DNA of 64,000 nt from positions 3,296,001-3,360,000 of the forward strand of contig OY970223.1 in the NCBI GenBank assembly GCA_963714015.1, given 5' to 3'. Below the pieces are notes generated by a model. It saw only the letters and a program-made list of their open reading frames with translations. It did not search any database and was not told where the DNA came from. A program made the translations under genes and the position numbers. Below, piece after piece: positions 45,920 through 57,239 of the stretch. The stretch's first letter is position 1. The number at the start of each line of letters is the position of its first letter. Source of the DNA: Vulcanimicrobiota bacterium. GTDB lineage: Bacteria; Vulcanimicrobiota; Vulcanimicrobiia; Vulcanimicrobiales; Vulcanimicrobiaceae.

Positions 45920-46560
45920 GGGTCTACCCCCAAGTTCTTACTCCGCGGATAACTGGAAAATGGCGGCGAACTCCGACCCGTAAGGAGGGCCGCCCATGCG
46001 CAAATCGCGCTACTCCGATGAACAGATCGCCGCGGCATTGCGGCAAGCCGAAATCCGTACGCCGGTCGCTGAGATCACCCGCAAACTCGGGATCAGCGAA
46101 GCCACGTTTTACACCCGGAAGAAACGCTTCGGGAGCCTTGGCACCCCCGAGATCCACGAACTGCGCCAGCTGCGCAATGAGAACGCCAAGCTGAAGCAGG
46201 TCGTCGCGGACTTGTCACTCGATCGCGCCGTCTTGCAGGATGTGCTCAAAAACAAGTGGTGAGCCGGGTGCGGCGCAAAACGGTGCTCCCGGAGATTCGC
46301 CAGGCTTGGCGCTTGAGCGAACGGCGCGCGTGCGCGATTCTCTCCGTAACCGGAGAGCCGTCCGCTATCATTCCGTGCGCAGCAGTGAAGATGCGGCTTT
46401 GCGCATGCGCATCAAAAACCTCGCAGCCGCTCGGGTTCGGTTCGGGCAACGGCGTATCTACGTGTTACCGCGCCGCGAAGGCTGGGTCGTAAACATTAAA
46501 CGCGTTGCTCGCATCTATCGCGCCGAAGGCCTAGCCATACGAACCAAAACGCCACGCCCG
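45920..46560 (+). mobile_element. Truncated IS3-family element (orfA 45996-46262 plus start of orfB)
   Basis: MRKSRYSDEQI...ELRQLRNENAKLKQVVADLSLD; RFGQRRIYV...REGWVVNIKRVARIYR. Confidence 0.85.
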
Positions 46561-46567
46561 GCTACTG

Positions 46568-46696
46568 ATGATGGGTCGCTGGCGTAAACCAGCCCAAGTC
46601 TTCGGCTTGATCCTTGGCATCGCGATGCTTTTGGTCATCACGCTGTTCATCGTCTTCCTGGTCGGCGCCACGACTTTCTGCAATCCGTGCCTGTGA
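46568..46696 (+). CDS. Possible 42-aa single-TM peptide
   Basis: MMGRWRKPAQVFGLILGIAMLLVITLFIVFLVGATTFCNPCL. Confidence 0.35.
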   Translation: MMGRWRKPAQVFGLILGIAMLLVITLFIVFLVGATTFCNPCL

Positions 46697-46811
46697 GTGA
46701 TCGTGGCGGGGCCGGGGCGAGTGGCGTAAGGCACTGCGCGCGTTACGTTGCTTCGGTCGTCATCTTCGAGACCAGCACGCGGCGAACGCTTTGCGCGTGC
46801 CACGCCTTGCC

Positions 46812-47585
46812 TGGTGGGCTCCCCAAAAACTAGGCCAGCGGGACCACAAAACCGAGTCGGCTAATCGGCTCGCCGAAGGAGGTCCCCATGGCACGCAAAC
46901 GCCACTCGCCCGAATCGATCGCCGCCGTCTTACGTAAGGCCGAATCCGGCATTCCGATAGCGCAGCTCGCGCGCCAAGCCGGCGTGCACGAGAACACGAT
47001 TCACTTTTGGAAGAAAAAATACGGTCAGTTCGGCACGAGCGAGATTCGCGAGATGAACGAACTGCGCGATGAAAATACGCGGCTCAAACGCCTGGTCGCC
47101 GATCTCTCGCTCGACAAGGCGATGTTGCAGGACGTGCTCTAAAAAAAACTCTGAGGCCGGCCAAGCAGCGCGAGCTCGCCGGCGAAGTGCAAGAACAGTT
47201 TGGCGTGAGCCAGCGGCGCGTAAGCGCGGCGCTACGATTCAATCGCGCATCACTGCAGTACAAACCCAAGCGCAATGCGTTGAACCAGGTGCTGCGCGGA
47301 CGAATCAAAGCGATTGCCGCCGCGCGCGTGCGGTACGGCTATCGGCGCATCCATGTGCTCTTGCAACGCGAAGGTTGGAAGGTCAACGCCAAGCGCGTCG
47401 CACGCCTCTACACGTTGGAAGGCCTGAATTTACGGGCCAAAGGACCGAAACGCCGGCGGCGGTCGGCGGCGCAGCGCATTCGTCTTTCGCCAGCGGGACC
47501 CAATCAAGTATGGAGCATGGATTTTATGCACGACACGCTCAAGGGCGAGCAACGACGAAAGTTTCGCTTGTCAACATCGTCGATG
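46812..47585 (+). mobile_element. 3'-truncated copy of the IS3 element at 11347-12576
   Basis: Identical left IR TGGTGGGCTCCCCAAAAACTAGGCCAGCGGGACCAC; orfA 46888-47142; orfB breaks off after WSMDF...NIVD. Confidence 0.92.
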
Positions 47586-48100
47586 CGAGGACGTCTCTTC
47601 TCGGGAAAGATTGTTGGTCCAACGCCTTGTCGACCAACAGAAGCACAGTTGGAAGAACGGTCGGACGGAATAGCAAACATCACGAAAGTCTGCTGGCGTC
47701 GCTACCGTCAAGCGCAATGGAACAAGATCGACGTTTCTCACCGGAATCCTTGCGAACATCAAGAGCGACGTTTGGAAACGGCGTCGGCACTGGTGCTTCT
47801 TGTTACGTTTGGCCGCGACACACTCTGCCCATGGTCGCGAGCAACCCAGGCAGACCATCTGCATCGCTCGATGGGGCACGAGTTGCCGTGGTTCGATCGT
47901 GCCGTTGAACGCTCGGACACATGAAGCCGTAACCATTGCGCGGATGATCTTCGGTCGAGGGACGGTGGATTGTATGCTGCGCTTTGCATATTTTCTAGCT
48001 TACCGGCTTTACTTACCTAGTCCGGTTTTGCCTCCTATAGTTAGTTACGGAGATTCTTAGAAGCCTCTGCCTTACCCTGAGCCCACATATTCACGGAAAT

Positions 48101-48131
48101 GATAGTCGACCTGAGCCGGATGTCGACTATC
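48101..48131. terminator. 10-bp hairpin at the end of the 48127-48714 gene
   Basis: GATAGTCGAC-N11-GTCGACTATC. Confidence 0.4.
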
Positions 48132-48714
48132 CGAGCCTACCGCTTCCGTCATTAAGGCTCCTGCGAGCATTATTGAGCAAAGATAAGGCATATTCATTGA
48201 GTTCCGATTCGTGCGGAGCGAGCACCCTTACGATGTTAACATCATCGTTCCCCTGGGCGTAGACCGTGGCTACGCGTGACGCTACTATCCAAGCCGGCTC
48301 GTCCTCAAGAAGCTTTGGCGCATTTACCTCCATACGCGCAACTTGGTTTAAGAACATAGAATTAGGGTCCAGCGCTGCTTCGCGAAACGAGCGTAGCTGT
48401 TCGCTCATTTCCGATACAGTTTCCCGTAGTTCGTCGTCATTGCAGGCAGTCGGCACCCAAAATAGATCTGGTCCGGGATTTCCAACATTCGACTTTAATT
48501 CGCCGCGAAAACGGCGCATGGATTGCAAATCCACAAGATCAAACCCCGCTTTTTTTACTCCCACAAATAGCTCACGCGTTTGCTCATCCATAATTATGGA
48601 GATCGATATGTTGCCTTTGGTGTATCGAGCACGGCTGCTTGAAAGTGTTTCAAAAGCATAGCCATCGTCGACAAGCCAGGAGTATACGCGTCGAACGGTA
48701 TCGATAAAGTTCAC
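48127..48714 (-). CDS. Hypothetical protein, putative immunity protein
   Basis: Low-GC 195-aa ORF directly downstream of a toxin-like C-terminus, GGAGG RBS. Confidence 0.5.
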   Translation of the reverse strand: MNFIDTVRRVYSWLVDDGYAFETLSSSRARYTKGNISISIIMDEQTRELFVGVKKAGFDLVDLQSMRRFRGELKSNVGNPGPDLFWVPTACNDDELRETVSEMSEQLRSFREAALDPNSMFLNQVARMEVNAPKLLEDEPAWIVASRVATVYAQGNDDVNIVRVLAPHESELNEYALSLLNNARRSLNDGSGRLG

Positions 48715-48715
48715 T

Positions 48716-48990
48716 CTACCTCCGCAGCATAGGCCTCACCCATTCCCCGGTAACGCAATCCAAACGGTAGCCTAAATCGTACAAGTTGCTTCTTTCCAAT
48801 TCGAAGAACGAGCCTTGAATAGGGAAACCCTCCCCGTCGACGTCCAATCTCCCGGTCCTTAGGTAGGTTGCATCGAAGATGCGCGTCCCCTTTTGGGCCG
48901 CTTCGGTGATTACCGCTTGGTTTTGCGCCCTATTTAATGCTCTGCTGCCGCGGTCAGGTCGCTTGTCCAAGAACGTCAAATCGCGGTCTA
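48716..48990 (-). pseudogene. Putative polymorphic-toxin C-terminal fragment
   Basis: NQAVITEAAQKG...GSFFELERSNLYDLGY...GEW pattern; cut at IS end at 49001. Confidence 0.4.
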
Positions 48991-49000
48991 TGCGCTCAAG

Positions 49001-49140
49001 TGGAGCTGATCCGGTTTGGTGGATACTTTCGGCTTAGCCGAGAAGGGTCCATCCAATGCGAAAACATCCCCGATCCTACCCACCGGAGTTTCGGCGTAAG
49101 GTCGTCGAGCTGGCTCGGACCGGCCGACGCCTGGACGATC
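49001..49140 (+). mobile_element. Left end of another IS3-family element
   Basis: TGGAGCTGATCCGGTTTGGTGGATAC IR-like end; ATG 49056 MRKHPRSYPPEFRRKVVELARTG. Confidence 0.7.
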
Positions 49141-49640
49141 TTTAATGCGTGCGCGCAGCAGAGCGTTGAGCGGGCCCGCTTTGGACTTGCAGTAATACGT
49201 TGCGCGATTGAAGCGAACGACCGCACACGCGCGGCGCACGCCAACGCCGAAGGTGCGCATCAGGAAGCCGACGCGTTCGCGCTGCACGGCCGGCCTCACA
49301 GTTTTTTTGCAATGATCTCCTGGAGCGTTTTCCGGTCCAGGCTCAAATCCGCGACAATGCTTTTCATCTTGGCGTTCTCTTCGCGCAATTGGCGCAGTTC
49401 GCGGATCTCCGGTGTCCCCAGGCCGCCGAAGCGGCGCTTCCAAGTATAAAACGCGTTCTCATGGATGCCGAGTTTGCGGATGATCTCGGCGACAGGCGTG
49501 CCGGCCTCAGCCTGCCGCAGGGCCGCCGCAATCTGCTCGGGGGAGTGGCGTTTTCGCACGGGCAAAACCTCCGACGTTGGGAAGGGTGTTTTGCCGATTT
49601 TTCGCGGGTCCCGCCGGTCCGGGTACTAGTCAGGGTAACA
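49140..49640 (-). mobile_element. Truncated IS3-family element (orfA 49296-49565)
   Basis: RKRHSPEQIAAALRQAEAG...LRQLREENAKMKSIVADLSLD; A7 slip site; TGTTACCCTG end at 49640. Confidence 0.85.
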
Positions 49641-50250
49641 TCAAATCGTCATTTTGCCGACTAGGGTCAAAGGCGTTCGGCGTTTTGTTGGCTAGCGATC
49701 GATGCGGGCGAAATCGACCACGATTTGCGGCACACGATAGCGCGCGACGGGGTTGCAATTTATGTTGGTGACGTCTCGGTAAGGCACAAGGCATCTGACT
49801 GCCGCTGCTGCTTTCATTAGGATTCTTCGCAGCCGAACCTGTGCCGCGCTTGCCCGGTCGCCTGGACGCGCATTACCACCGCCGAGTTGGTGTGGCATAG
49901 GCTCTATCGGGTTAGTGCTGCTGCCGGTCGATTTTCTATATTGAATCTTCGCATTGCGGGTGGAGCGAACAGAGTCAATCGAGGGTCTTCGCGGCGCCGA
50001 ATACGGCGGGAATTATGAGCAGCGTGGCGTCGCGCCCCGGCATGCGTTCGACGTTCAGTTTCCAGAATCTGCTCTGGATCGTTTTTCGAACTGCGCGCGT
50101 CGAGCGTTCAAGCGTGGGAACAAACGAATGAGCCCTTTGGCCTGCCTGAAGTTATAGGACACCCGAAAGAACCGTAAGCAAAACGACGCCAGCAAGGCGC
50201 TGCAAAAAATGCGGCGAACGGGCCCCTTCTAGAACTATCTCTCGGGGGGT

Positions 50251-51546
50251 GTGCCTATCATGAAGGGATTGTTTTTCGCGTTTGGCGTCGTCGCTCTGGC
50301 GGCTTCCACTGCAGCACCTTGTAGTTCCGTTTTGGCCGCCGCGCGTCACGCGGGCGGTTCGGGGAGTTCGTCACCGAGTTCGTCACCGAGCCCGACGCCA
50401 ACACCTACGCCGCTTAAGGTTCCCGGCGCTGGGTTCATCACGGTACCGAAGAATGACTTGTATGAAGAGTCTGCAGACAAAGTTGATTACGCAAAGGTGC
50501 TGCTGATAACGATTGAAGGCAACGACCCTGGAGCGCTCAGCATCGATCCACAAGTAGCGTATGCCTACAATTCTTTTCGGCGAATTTATGGAATGCATGG
50601 TATCCTCGCGCTTCCTATAGCCTTTCCCGCCACGGATGCCCAGGTCCAAGACTTTTGTGGCGGCCCCCTCGGGAAGAGCCCGATGCTGGTGTTGGACATG
50701 GCAAAGGATGCAAAAAGTAATACCTACTTAGACGCGATCTATACCGGCGTCCAGTTCGACGGCGTAGTCGAACAATGCGTCGAAACTCATGGGAATTCGG
50801 ACAATGGCATTTCGCCATCGCCATCGCCTTCGCCGTCCACGACCCCCACCGCCGAACCCAGGATAGCCCCCAAGCTGGGTACTGCAACCCCCAAACCGAA
50901 TCACGGCTCGAAACCAGCGAAAGCCAACAAACGCGGCAGCAAGGGCGCCGGTAAAGGCGTGAAGGGCAAAGGCAACAGCGCCAATGGTCGCGGTACTCCT
51001 GGAAACGGCGGCGCCGCGACCGGCGGAACGGGGAGCGGCGAGAGCAGATTGTCCGGTGACAATTCTAAGAACGATCAGTATGTACTCGCGCCCGTCAGCG
51101 AAGAGTACAGCGGAACGTATCGTCGGGCGTACTATCGCAACTTCATAGCGGGCGTGCAGGCGTCGGCCGCATATTCGTCATCGCCGTGGGTGACGAAGTA
51201 CAAGTCTTGGCTGCTGTTTCCGCTCGCACTGCTCGGCAGTTTCGCGCACGAGACGGAGGACTACAACGGCACCGTTTACTGCGCAGCGGTCGACCTTGTA
51301 AATAAGCACTTAGTACATCTCCTGAATGAGGGCAAGATTTCCTCGATGGGACCGCCGTGGACGGAAGTGCCGCGACAGCAGGCAACTGTTCCCGCCGCGG
51401 GAGCGTCGCCGCTGCCTGCACAGCCGCCGCCCACGTTGCCGCCACTCTCGCCAACCATCCCCCCATCGCCGACGCCCACACCAAGAAATTTGACGCCGAA
51501 TTGCGGTGGTCCAGGCGCTTTTGGCGCAGCACCTATGAACATTTAA
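50251..51546 (+). CDS. Secreted hypothetical protein with Pro/Ser- and Gly/Lys-rich linkers
   Basis: Signal peptide, SPSPSP/PTPTP tracts. Confidence 0.6.
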   Translation: MPIMKGLFFAFGVVALAASTAAPCSSVLAAARHAGGSGSSSPSSSPSPTPTPTPLKVPGAGFITVPKNDLYEESADKVDYAKVLLITIEGNDPGALSIDPQVAYAYNSFRRIYGMHGILALPIAFPATDAQVQDFCGGPLGKSPMLVLDMAKDAKSNTYLDAIYTGVQFDGVVEQCVETHGNSDNGISPSPSPSPSTTPTAEPRIAPKLGTATPKPNHGSKPAKANKRGSKGAGKGVKGKGNSANGRGTPGNGGAATGGTGSGESRLSGDNSKNDQYVLAPVSEEYSGTYRRAYYRNFIAGVQASAAYSSSPWVTKYKSWLLFPLALLGSFAHETEDYNGTVYCAAVDLVNKHLVHLLNEGKISSMGPPWTEVPRQQATVPAAGASPLPAQPPPTLPPLSPTIPPSPTPTPRNLTPNCGGPGAFGAAPMNI

Positions 51547-51571
51547 ATCGTTTTTGAGCTGGAGAAGCGCC

Positions 51572-52823
51572 ATGTCGCTAAGAGGCGGAAAGAAATACGA
51601 TATCTTCGTCAGCTCGACGTTCGAGGATTTGAAGGACGAGCGGCGTACGCTGCAGGCGCACATCCTCAAGCAAGGCCATTCGCCCGTCGGGATGGAGTTA
51701 TTCAGCGCTGGAAACGACGACCAGTGGGCGATCATCAAGAACGTCATTGACGCTTGCGACTATTATATTGTCATCATCGCAGGCCGCTACGGGTCGCGAA
51801 CGCGAACCGGTATAAGTTACACGGAGCGTGAATTTCGATACGCGCGGAAGTCTGCGCAAGAAGATCATGGCATTCGTGCTTTCCGACGACGGCTACCGCT
51901 CATGGCCGACCGAAAAGAAGGAGACCGATGAGCAAGCCAAGGCGAGCCTCGCGGATTTCAAGAATCTGGTAAGAAGCCGCTACGTTTACCAGTGGAAAGA
52001 CTCAGCTGATCTCAAGGATTTGATTCAGAACAATTTCCTAAAATGGATCGAAACGAATCCGATGCCTGGATGGATTCGGGCTGAGATCGACAGCCGTAGA
52101 GATGGTTACGCATATCAGTATGTCCTAAACAAGATGAAGTCCGACGAACCGCACTTCAGCCTTCCAGAAGATGCCGACGAACTGTTTGCCCGAGGAACAG
52201 CCCTTGACAGCGCCCGGGGAGTTGTCGGAAGCATTAACGCGCTCATCAATTACTACGCACGCTCGCGCCTCGATCGAGGCGTGAGGATGTACTTTGCCTA
52301 CCAGCTTTCGAAGCCGCTTTACCTTCCCGAAACCCCCGAATCCCCGGCTTTCACGGCGCGGTATCGGATCGGCATCGCAAATACACTGGAGAAGCCTTGG
52401 GGAAGGGGGTTGTACGTTGGCGAACGCTCGAACATCCATCGCGTCTACGATGGAGGCGGGGATCACTATATCCCCGACACGCACGTTGCGACGCCGGCTG
52501 GCGAAAATCAGGAGGTTGCAAAGGAAGGTAGCGTGTACGCCGTTGCCGTCTCCTATGGCAGAAAATCAATAGGCGTTATCGGGTTGAGCTCTTCTAGAAT
52601 TGGCGGCATTTCGAACGATCAGATCGCCCTCGGACAACAACTCTCAATACTCTTCGGCGCGTTGGCCTACGCGTTTGCGATACGGATCAGAGCCAGAGTC
52701 TCAGAGCAGGAGACGGTGCACCAAATACGGACACAGATCGCAGATCACTTTGCCGAGGATCTGGGGGACAAGGTTGCAATCCCGTTCGAGCAGGCCGCAG
52801 CCTTGGAGATGAAACGGGTTTAG
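51572..52823 (+). CDS. DUF4062 domain protein with C-terminal GAF-like domain (frameshift ~51850)
   Basis: KYDIFVSSTFEDLKDER...PVGMELF...IDACDYYIVIIAGRYGS...SYTEREF; C-terminus EGSVYAVAVSYGRKSIGVIGLSS. Confidence 0.75.
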
Positions 52824-52843
52824 GCTCGTTGTGAGGTGATGAA

Positions 52844-53783
52844 ATGACTAGCCAAAACCCGGTTCTTTCCGACCCTGTGGCGGGCGGAGACGCCCCCCCC
52901 GCATGGGAGGTGGGTGCGATCGGGATTACATTGGCAGTAGCGTTTGCGCTATTCTTATATTTGCTGCTCTGCCTATGGCCGACAAAGACCCCCGTGTCGA
53001 CGACGGTTAAACCGGTTTCAGCGAGCGCAACGGTTCGGCTAACTGCGGTTCCAACGCCGGAGCCTGTGACCGCGCCTCCCGGATCAAACGCCGGCGATTG
53101 GTATCCATTCGTCAGCATATTTGGAAGTGCGCCCATTCCGCTCGATAGCGATAAGCGATTCTTATTAGTTGTCGTCCTTTCGGCTGCGCTCGGGAGTTTC
53201 GTGCAGATCGCTACGTCGTTCACCACGTTTGTCGGGAACAAGAAATTTATTCGAAGTTGGATTTGGTGGTATCTCCTCCGTATCCCGATCGGCATGGCGC
53301 TGGCACTACTATTCTTCTTCGCAGTGCGCGGCGGGCTGTTCACGAGCGTTTCGGCCGCCGATCTGAGTCCATACGGTACGGCTGCGGTCGGCGGATTAGT
53401 TGGGATGTTTTCGAAGCAAGCGTCCGACAAACTTCAAGACGTCTTCGAAGAGCGTATTCAAAAGCAGCCAGGATCAAAGTCGAGCGGACAAGTTGACCGG
53501 CCCGGTCGTCAGTGCGACAAATCCAGCTCGCCTGACGCCGAGCGCAAATCAAATGACCGTATTGGGAAGTGGCTTCGTCGCAGGCTCGTCCGTTTCGGTT
53601 AACGGAGCCGCCCAGAAGGCGGCGTTCGTCGATTCGAACACGCTGGCCGTAACGCTCGACCCCGCAGCCCTGAAGGGCGCCAGCTTCGTCAACGTCATCG
53701 TAGCGAATCCTGGTCCGTCCGGTGGAACGTCGTCGCCTGTATATCCGGTGGCAATCGATCAAGGCGCGTCTCCTGGGATCTAA
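52844..53783 (+). CDS. Multi-TM membrane protein with C-terminal IPT/TIG domain (frameshift ~53450)
   Basis: ALGSFVQ...SWIWWYLLRIPIGMALAL...VGGLVGMFSKQASDKL; TVLGSGFVAGSSVSVNG...VIVANPGPSGG. Confidence 0.65.
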
Positions 53784-54029
53784 TTCGCTAAGGCCGATTG
53801 CATGGCCCAGCCGGGGAGAGAGCGGTGCCAATGTTCAGATCCGCAACAGTGCTCATGGTCGCGACTTCGCGCGTGGGACGCTGCCATCGACCGATAGTAC
53901 TCAAGGTCCGTTGCGGGCAAAGATTTCCGTCGTAATAATTGCCGTCGCATAAACCATGATGGCATAAGATAATCCTCGGGACGGCGATCGGCCCTAGCGA
54001 AGCGGGAGCCCTTCTGGGCCGAATTCTTG

Positions 54030-54560
54030 CATAACTTAAGCCGCTGGCGCTCGCGGGGTTAAACCCGTCATCTCCAACACGCACATTGGCTTGAAAGCAG
54101 CGATGGTGAGCGTCTTCAAGGCCACATGGCAACGCTGCCTGGTGCACTTCATGCGCAAATGCGTTGGCGTACGCCGGCAAAGGCCAGCGGCAGATGGTGC
54201 TCGCGCTGATCGATCCGTCTTCCCGCAAGAAACGGTGGAGGCGGCAAGCGCGCATGGCGCTGCGTTGTTGCGGATCAGTTGCGCGTGAAATTTCCCGAAA
54301 TCGCCCCCATGCTCAATGATGCAGAATCGGAAGTTTTGGCCTACATGCAATTCCCGAAAGCACATCGCGTTCAGATAGCCTCAACCAAAACCCCCAAGTG
54401 GCTGACCGCCGAAATAAAACGCCGCACGAACATTGTTTGGATCTTCCAAACGACGCGTCGATCGACCGCCTTGGTGGCGCGCTGCGTCTTGAGCAGAACG
54501 ATTAATGGCAGCTCCATAGGCGCTAAATGCAGCTCGAAGGACATCAGACTGCAGCCACAA
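54030..54560 (+). pseudogene. IS256-family transposase remnant
   Basis: RGVKPVISNTHIGLKAAM...TWQRCLVHFMR; AESEVLAYMQFPKAHRVQIAST...EIKRRT. Confidence 0.8.
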
Positions 54561-54583
54561 CACCTTACATCGCATCTTAGCTC

Positions 54584-54997
54584 TTGACCGGAACCGCGCT
54601 GATGGCCACGTTCGTATACCACACACTGGGGTACAATCCAACGAACCGAGCGCTGAACGGCGACATCGCCCCATTGCGCCAATTTTCGATGTACGAGGAA
54701 ATATCTGTACGCTGCTTTCTCCTGTCTTTTCTAAATGTGTCCGTCGAAAAGTTCGACGTCTCAGACGCACAATTCGCATTTCCACATAGACAAGGCGGCG
54801 ACGCGGGTGGTAGGGGCGCTACTCATGGATCGATACGAGCTTGGCTGGATTCTCGGTATCTCGACACGGTTGGTTACCATGAATGGCGCGAGCGAGCGAA
54901 TCGTAAGGCGGTCGCCTTCACGAGGACCGCAAAGAAGACGGCGCAGCCAACTATGGGGCCGAAGTCGAATTTACAGCAGTGGGGCTTGACTCGATAA
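54584..54997 (+). CDS. Hypothetical protein
   Basis: 137-aa ORF only. Confidence 0.3.
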   Translation: MTGTALMATFVYHTLGYNPTNRALNGDIAPLRQFSMYEEISVRCFLLSFLNVSVEKFDVSDAQFAFPHRQGGDAGGRGATHGSIRAWLDSRYLDTVGYHEWRERANRKAVAFTRTAKKTAQPTMGPKSNLQQWGLTR

Positions 54998-55039
54998 TCC
55001 AGCACCCGCACCCTTCATCATTATTATACCGTATCGACC

Positions 55040-55058
55040 GGGGCTTGCCGCAAGCCCC
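55040..55058. promoter_or_regulatory. RAE-like (rifamycin-associated element) 19-bp palindrome
   Basis: GGGGCTTG-CCG-CAAGCCCC, 57 nt upstream of the monooxygenase ATG, followed by TATGAT. Confidence 0.65.
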
Positions 55059-55115
55059 CTGTCGCGCGTTATGATTGCCGGCCGGAGCACTGAAACCGAC
55101 CGATAGGAGTTGCGA

Positions 55116-56580
55116 ATGTTCGATCATTCAGTACTGATTGCCGGGGCTGGTCCAACGGGTCTAATGTTGGCAGGTGAGTTGGCGTTAGCCGGCGTCGACG
55201 TTGCGGTTGTGGAGCGCCGTGCCGGCAGAGAGGTCGGCGGCTCACGCGCGGGCGGTCTGCACGCACGCACGATCGAGATCCTCGACCAGCGTGGAATCGC
55301 GGATCGATTTCTCGCTGAAGGACAACGGGTTCAAGTTGCGACTTTTGCGCGAACCACTTTGGATATTAGCGACTTTCCCACCAGGCACAACTATGGTCTC
55401 GGACTATGGCAGAACGACTTCGAACGCATATTGGCCGGTTGGGTGGAAGAACTTCATGTGCAGATCTACTGCGGCCGTGAAGTAACCGGCTTCGCGCAAC
55501 ACGCCGAGGGGGTCAATGTCTCGATGAGCGACGGCGAATCCTTGCGCGTGCAATATCTCGTCGGATGCGACGGCGCGCGCAGTACGATCCGTAAGGCAGC
55601 CGGCATCGAATTCGCCGGATGCGATCCGACCACGAGCTGGCTGATCGCCGAAGCCCAAATGGCGGACGAACCCGAATGGGGCATGCGCTATGATGCCCTG
55701 GGCATGCACGGAATCGGAAAACTGAAGAATGGGACCGCGCGAATCGTTGTGAACGAGAAGCACCTCGTACGCGCGGAACCCACTCTTCGAGATTTGAGCG
55801 AGGCGCTCATCACGGTCTACGGGACCGACTTCGGAGTCCATAGTCCTACACGGCTCGCTCGATTCAACGATATGGCACGACAAGCCGCGGCCTACCGCGA
55901 CGGACGCGTTTTGCTGGCGGGCGATGCGGCGCACGTGCATTCGCCCATAGGTGGGCAGGGGCTCAACCTCGGCGTACAAGATGCAGTAAACCTAGGATGG
56001 AAACTCGCTCAAGTCGTCAAGCGAACATCGCCGGATAAGCCTGCTCGATACCTACCATGCCGAGCGCTACCCGATCGGCGCACGCGTTCTGCGTAATAGC
56101 ATGGCGCAAATCGCGCTGCGCCGCTCAGACGAGCGCACTAACGCCTTGCTCGAATCAATGTCGGAGCTCCTAAGCATGGACGAGCCTCGCAAACGGTTCG
56201 GAGCGATGATGTCCGGTCTGGACATCCGTTACGACTTCGGCGAAGGGCATCCGTTGCTCGGGCGTCGCATGCCCGATCTCGACGTGATCAGCAAACGCGG
56301 TCCGCTGCGGATCTATACGCTATTGCACAAAGCCCAGCCCGCGCTGCTTAATTTCAATGCGAACGACGGCACTTTCGACATCATGCATTGGAGGGATCGC
56401 GTTCAGTCGATCGACTGCAGGTATGATGGCGCCTGGGAGCTTCCGGCATTGGGAAACGTCGCGGCTCCTTCTGCTGTGTTAATTCGGCCGGACGGACACG
56501 TGGCATGGGTGGGAGATTCATCTGGCGAGGGGCTCACCGATGCGCTAACGACGTGGTTTGGACCGCCCCGCGCCGCATAG
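55116..56580 (+). CDS. FAD-dependent monooxygenase, rifampin monooxygenase (Rox)-like (frameshift ~56040)
   Basis: GAGPTGLMLAGEL, GLHARTIEILDQRG, LVGCDGARS, LAGDAAHVHSPIGGQGLNLG, RYDFGEGHPLLGRRM, LIRPDGHVAW; AGGAG RBS. Confidence 0.8.
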
Positions 56581-56822
56581 CTGCATCGGCTTCCGCAACG
56601 CGGGCCGGGCCCGCAATTGCGGTGTCTCGCCTGACCGCGATCGCGACCGCTTGGACGCAAGCTCGGGCTGAAGGATCACGATCGATACGGAAGATGGAAG
56701 GCGAAGGTTCTTTTGTTTTAATGGGACGGTTGCTGGTGTAACTACGTAAAGCAATCGCGCTTTCGCGAGGTCAGCTATCAGAGAAGGCTCAAAACAAGGT
56801 TGCTCCGCTTCGAACGCGATTT

Positions 56823-57239
56823 TCAATCACAGTTGCCGACTCCGGTTATCCCTTTGAACTTAACCTCTTGAGCCGGCGTTATGGGGCTGGCGACTAGGCG
56901 AAAATTGCTTGGATTGCGGTTGATTGGAACCACCGTCACCATAATCACTGCGCCAACGTGAAGCCAGTGCGGCACGGCGTTTGCCATGATGATCCGTTCG
57001 GTGTCTATATTTTCAAAGCCGTTGCACCACGGCCGATAATGAACCCTCAACACCAGCGAATCGTCCGCCTTGCGTTCGATCCTATCTATGCGTACGGGGT
57101 ATGACGGAAGATCAGCCGGAGCACTGGACGCATACGATCCGTATACGGTGGGATGCTGTGCGGCAAATGCGCAATCAACAGATGCGATGGCCGCGAGGAG
57201 CACGATACGTAATATTACAAGTACTGGCGACGGTATCAT
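56823..57239 (-). CDS. Secreted hypothetical protein
   Basis: Signal-like N-terminus, lower GC. Confidence 0.4.
   Translation of the reverse strand: MIPSPVLVILRIVLLAAIASVDCAFAAQHPTVYGSYASSAPADLPSYPVRIDRIERKADDSLVLRVHYRPWCNGFENIDTERIIMANAVPHWLHVGAVIMVTVVPINRNPSNFRLVASPITPAQEVKFKGITGVGNCD

Noticed and set aside
47586..48000. Possible missing cas1 or PolB N-terminus after the truncated IS3
   Set aside because: No Cas1 or exonuclease motifs recognised in any frame
48052..48086. Weak resemblance to a tRNA-Arg(TCT) 5' half on the minus strand (GCTCAG...CTTCTAAG)
   Set aside because: Stems do not form; too degenerate to call
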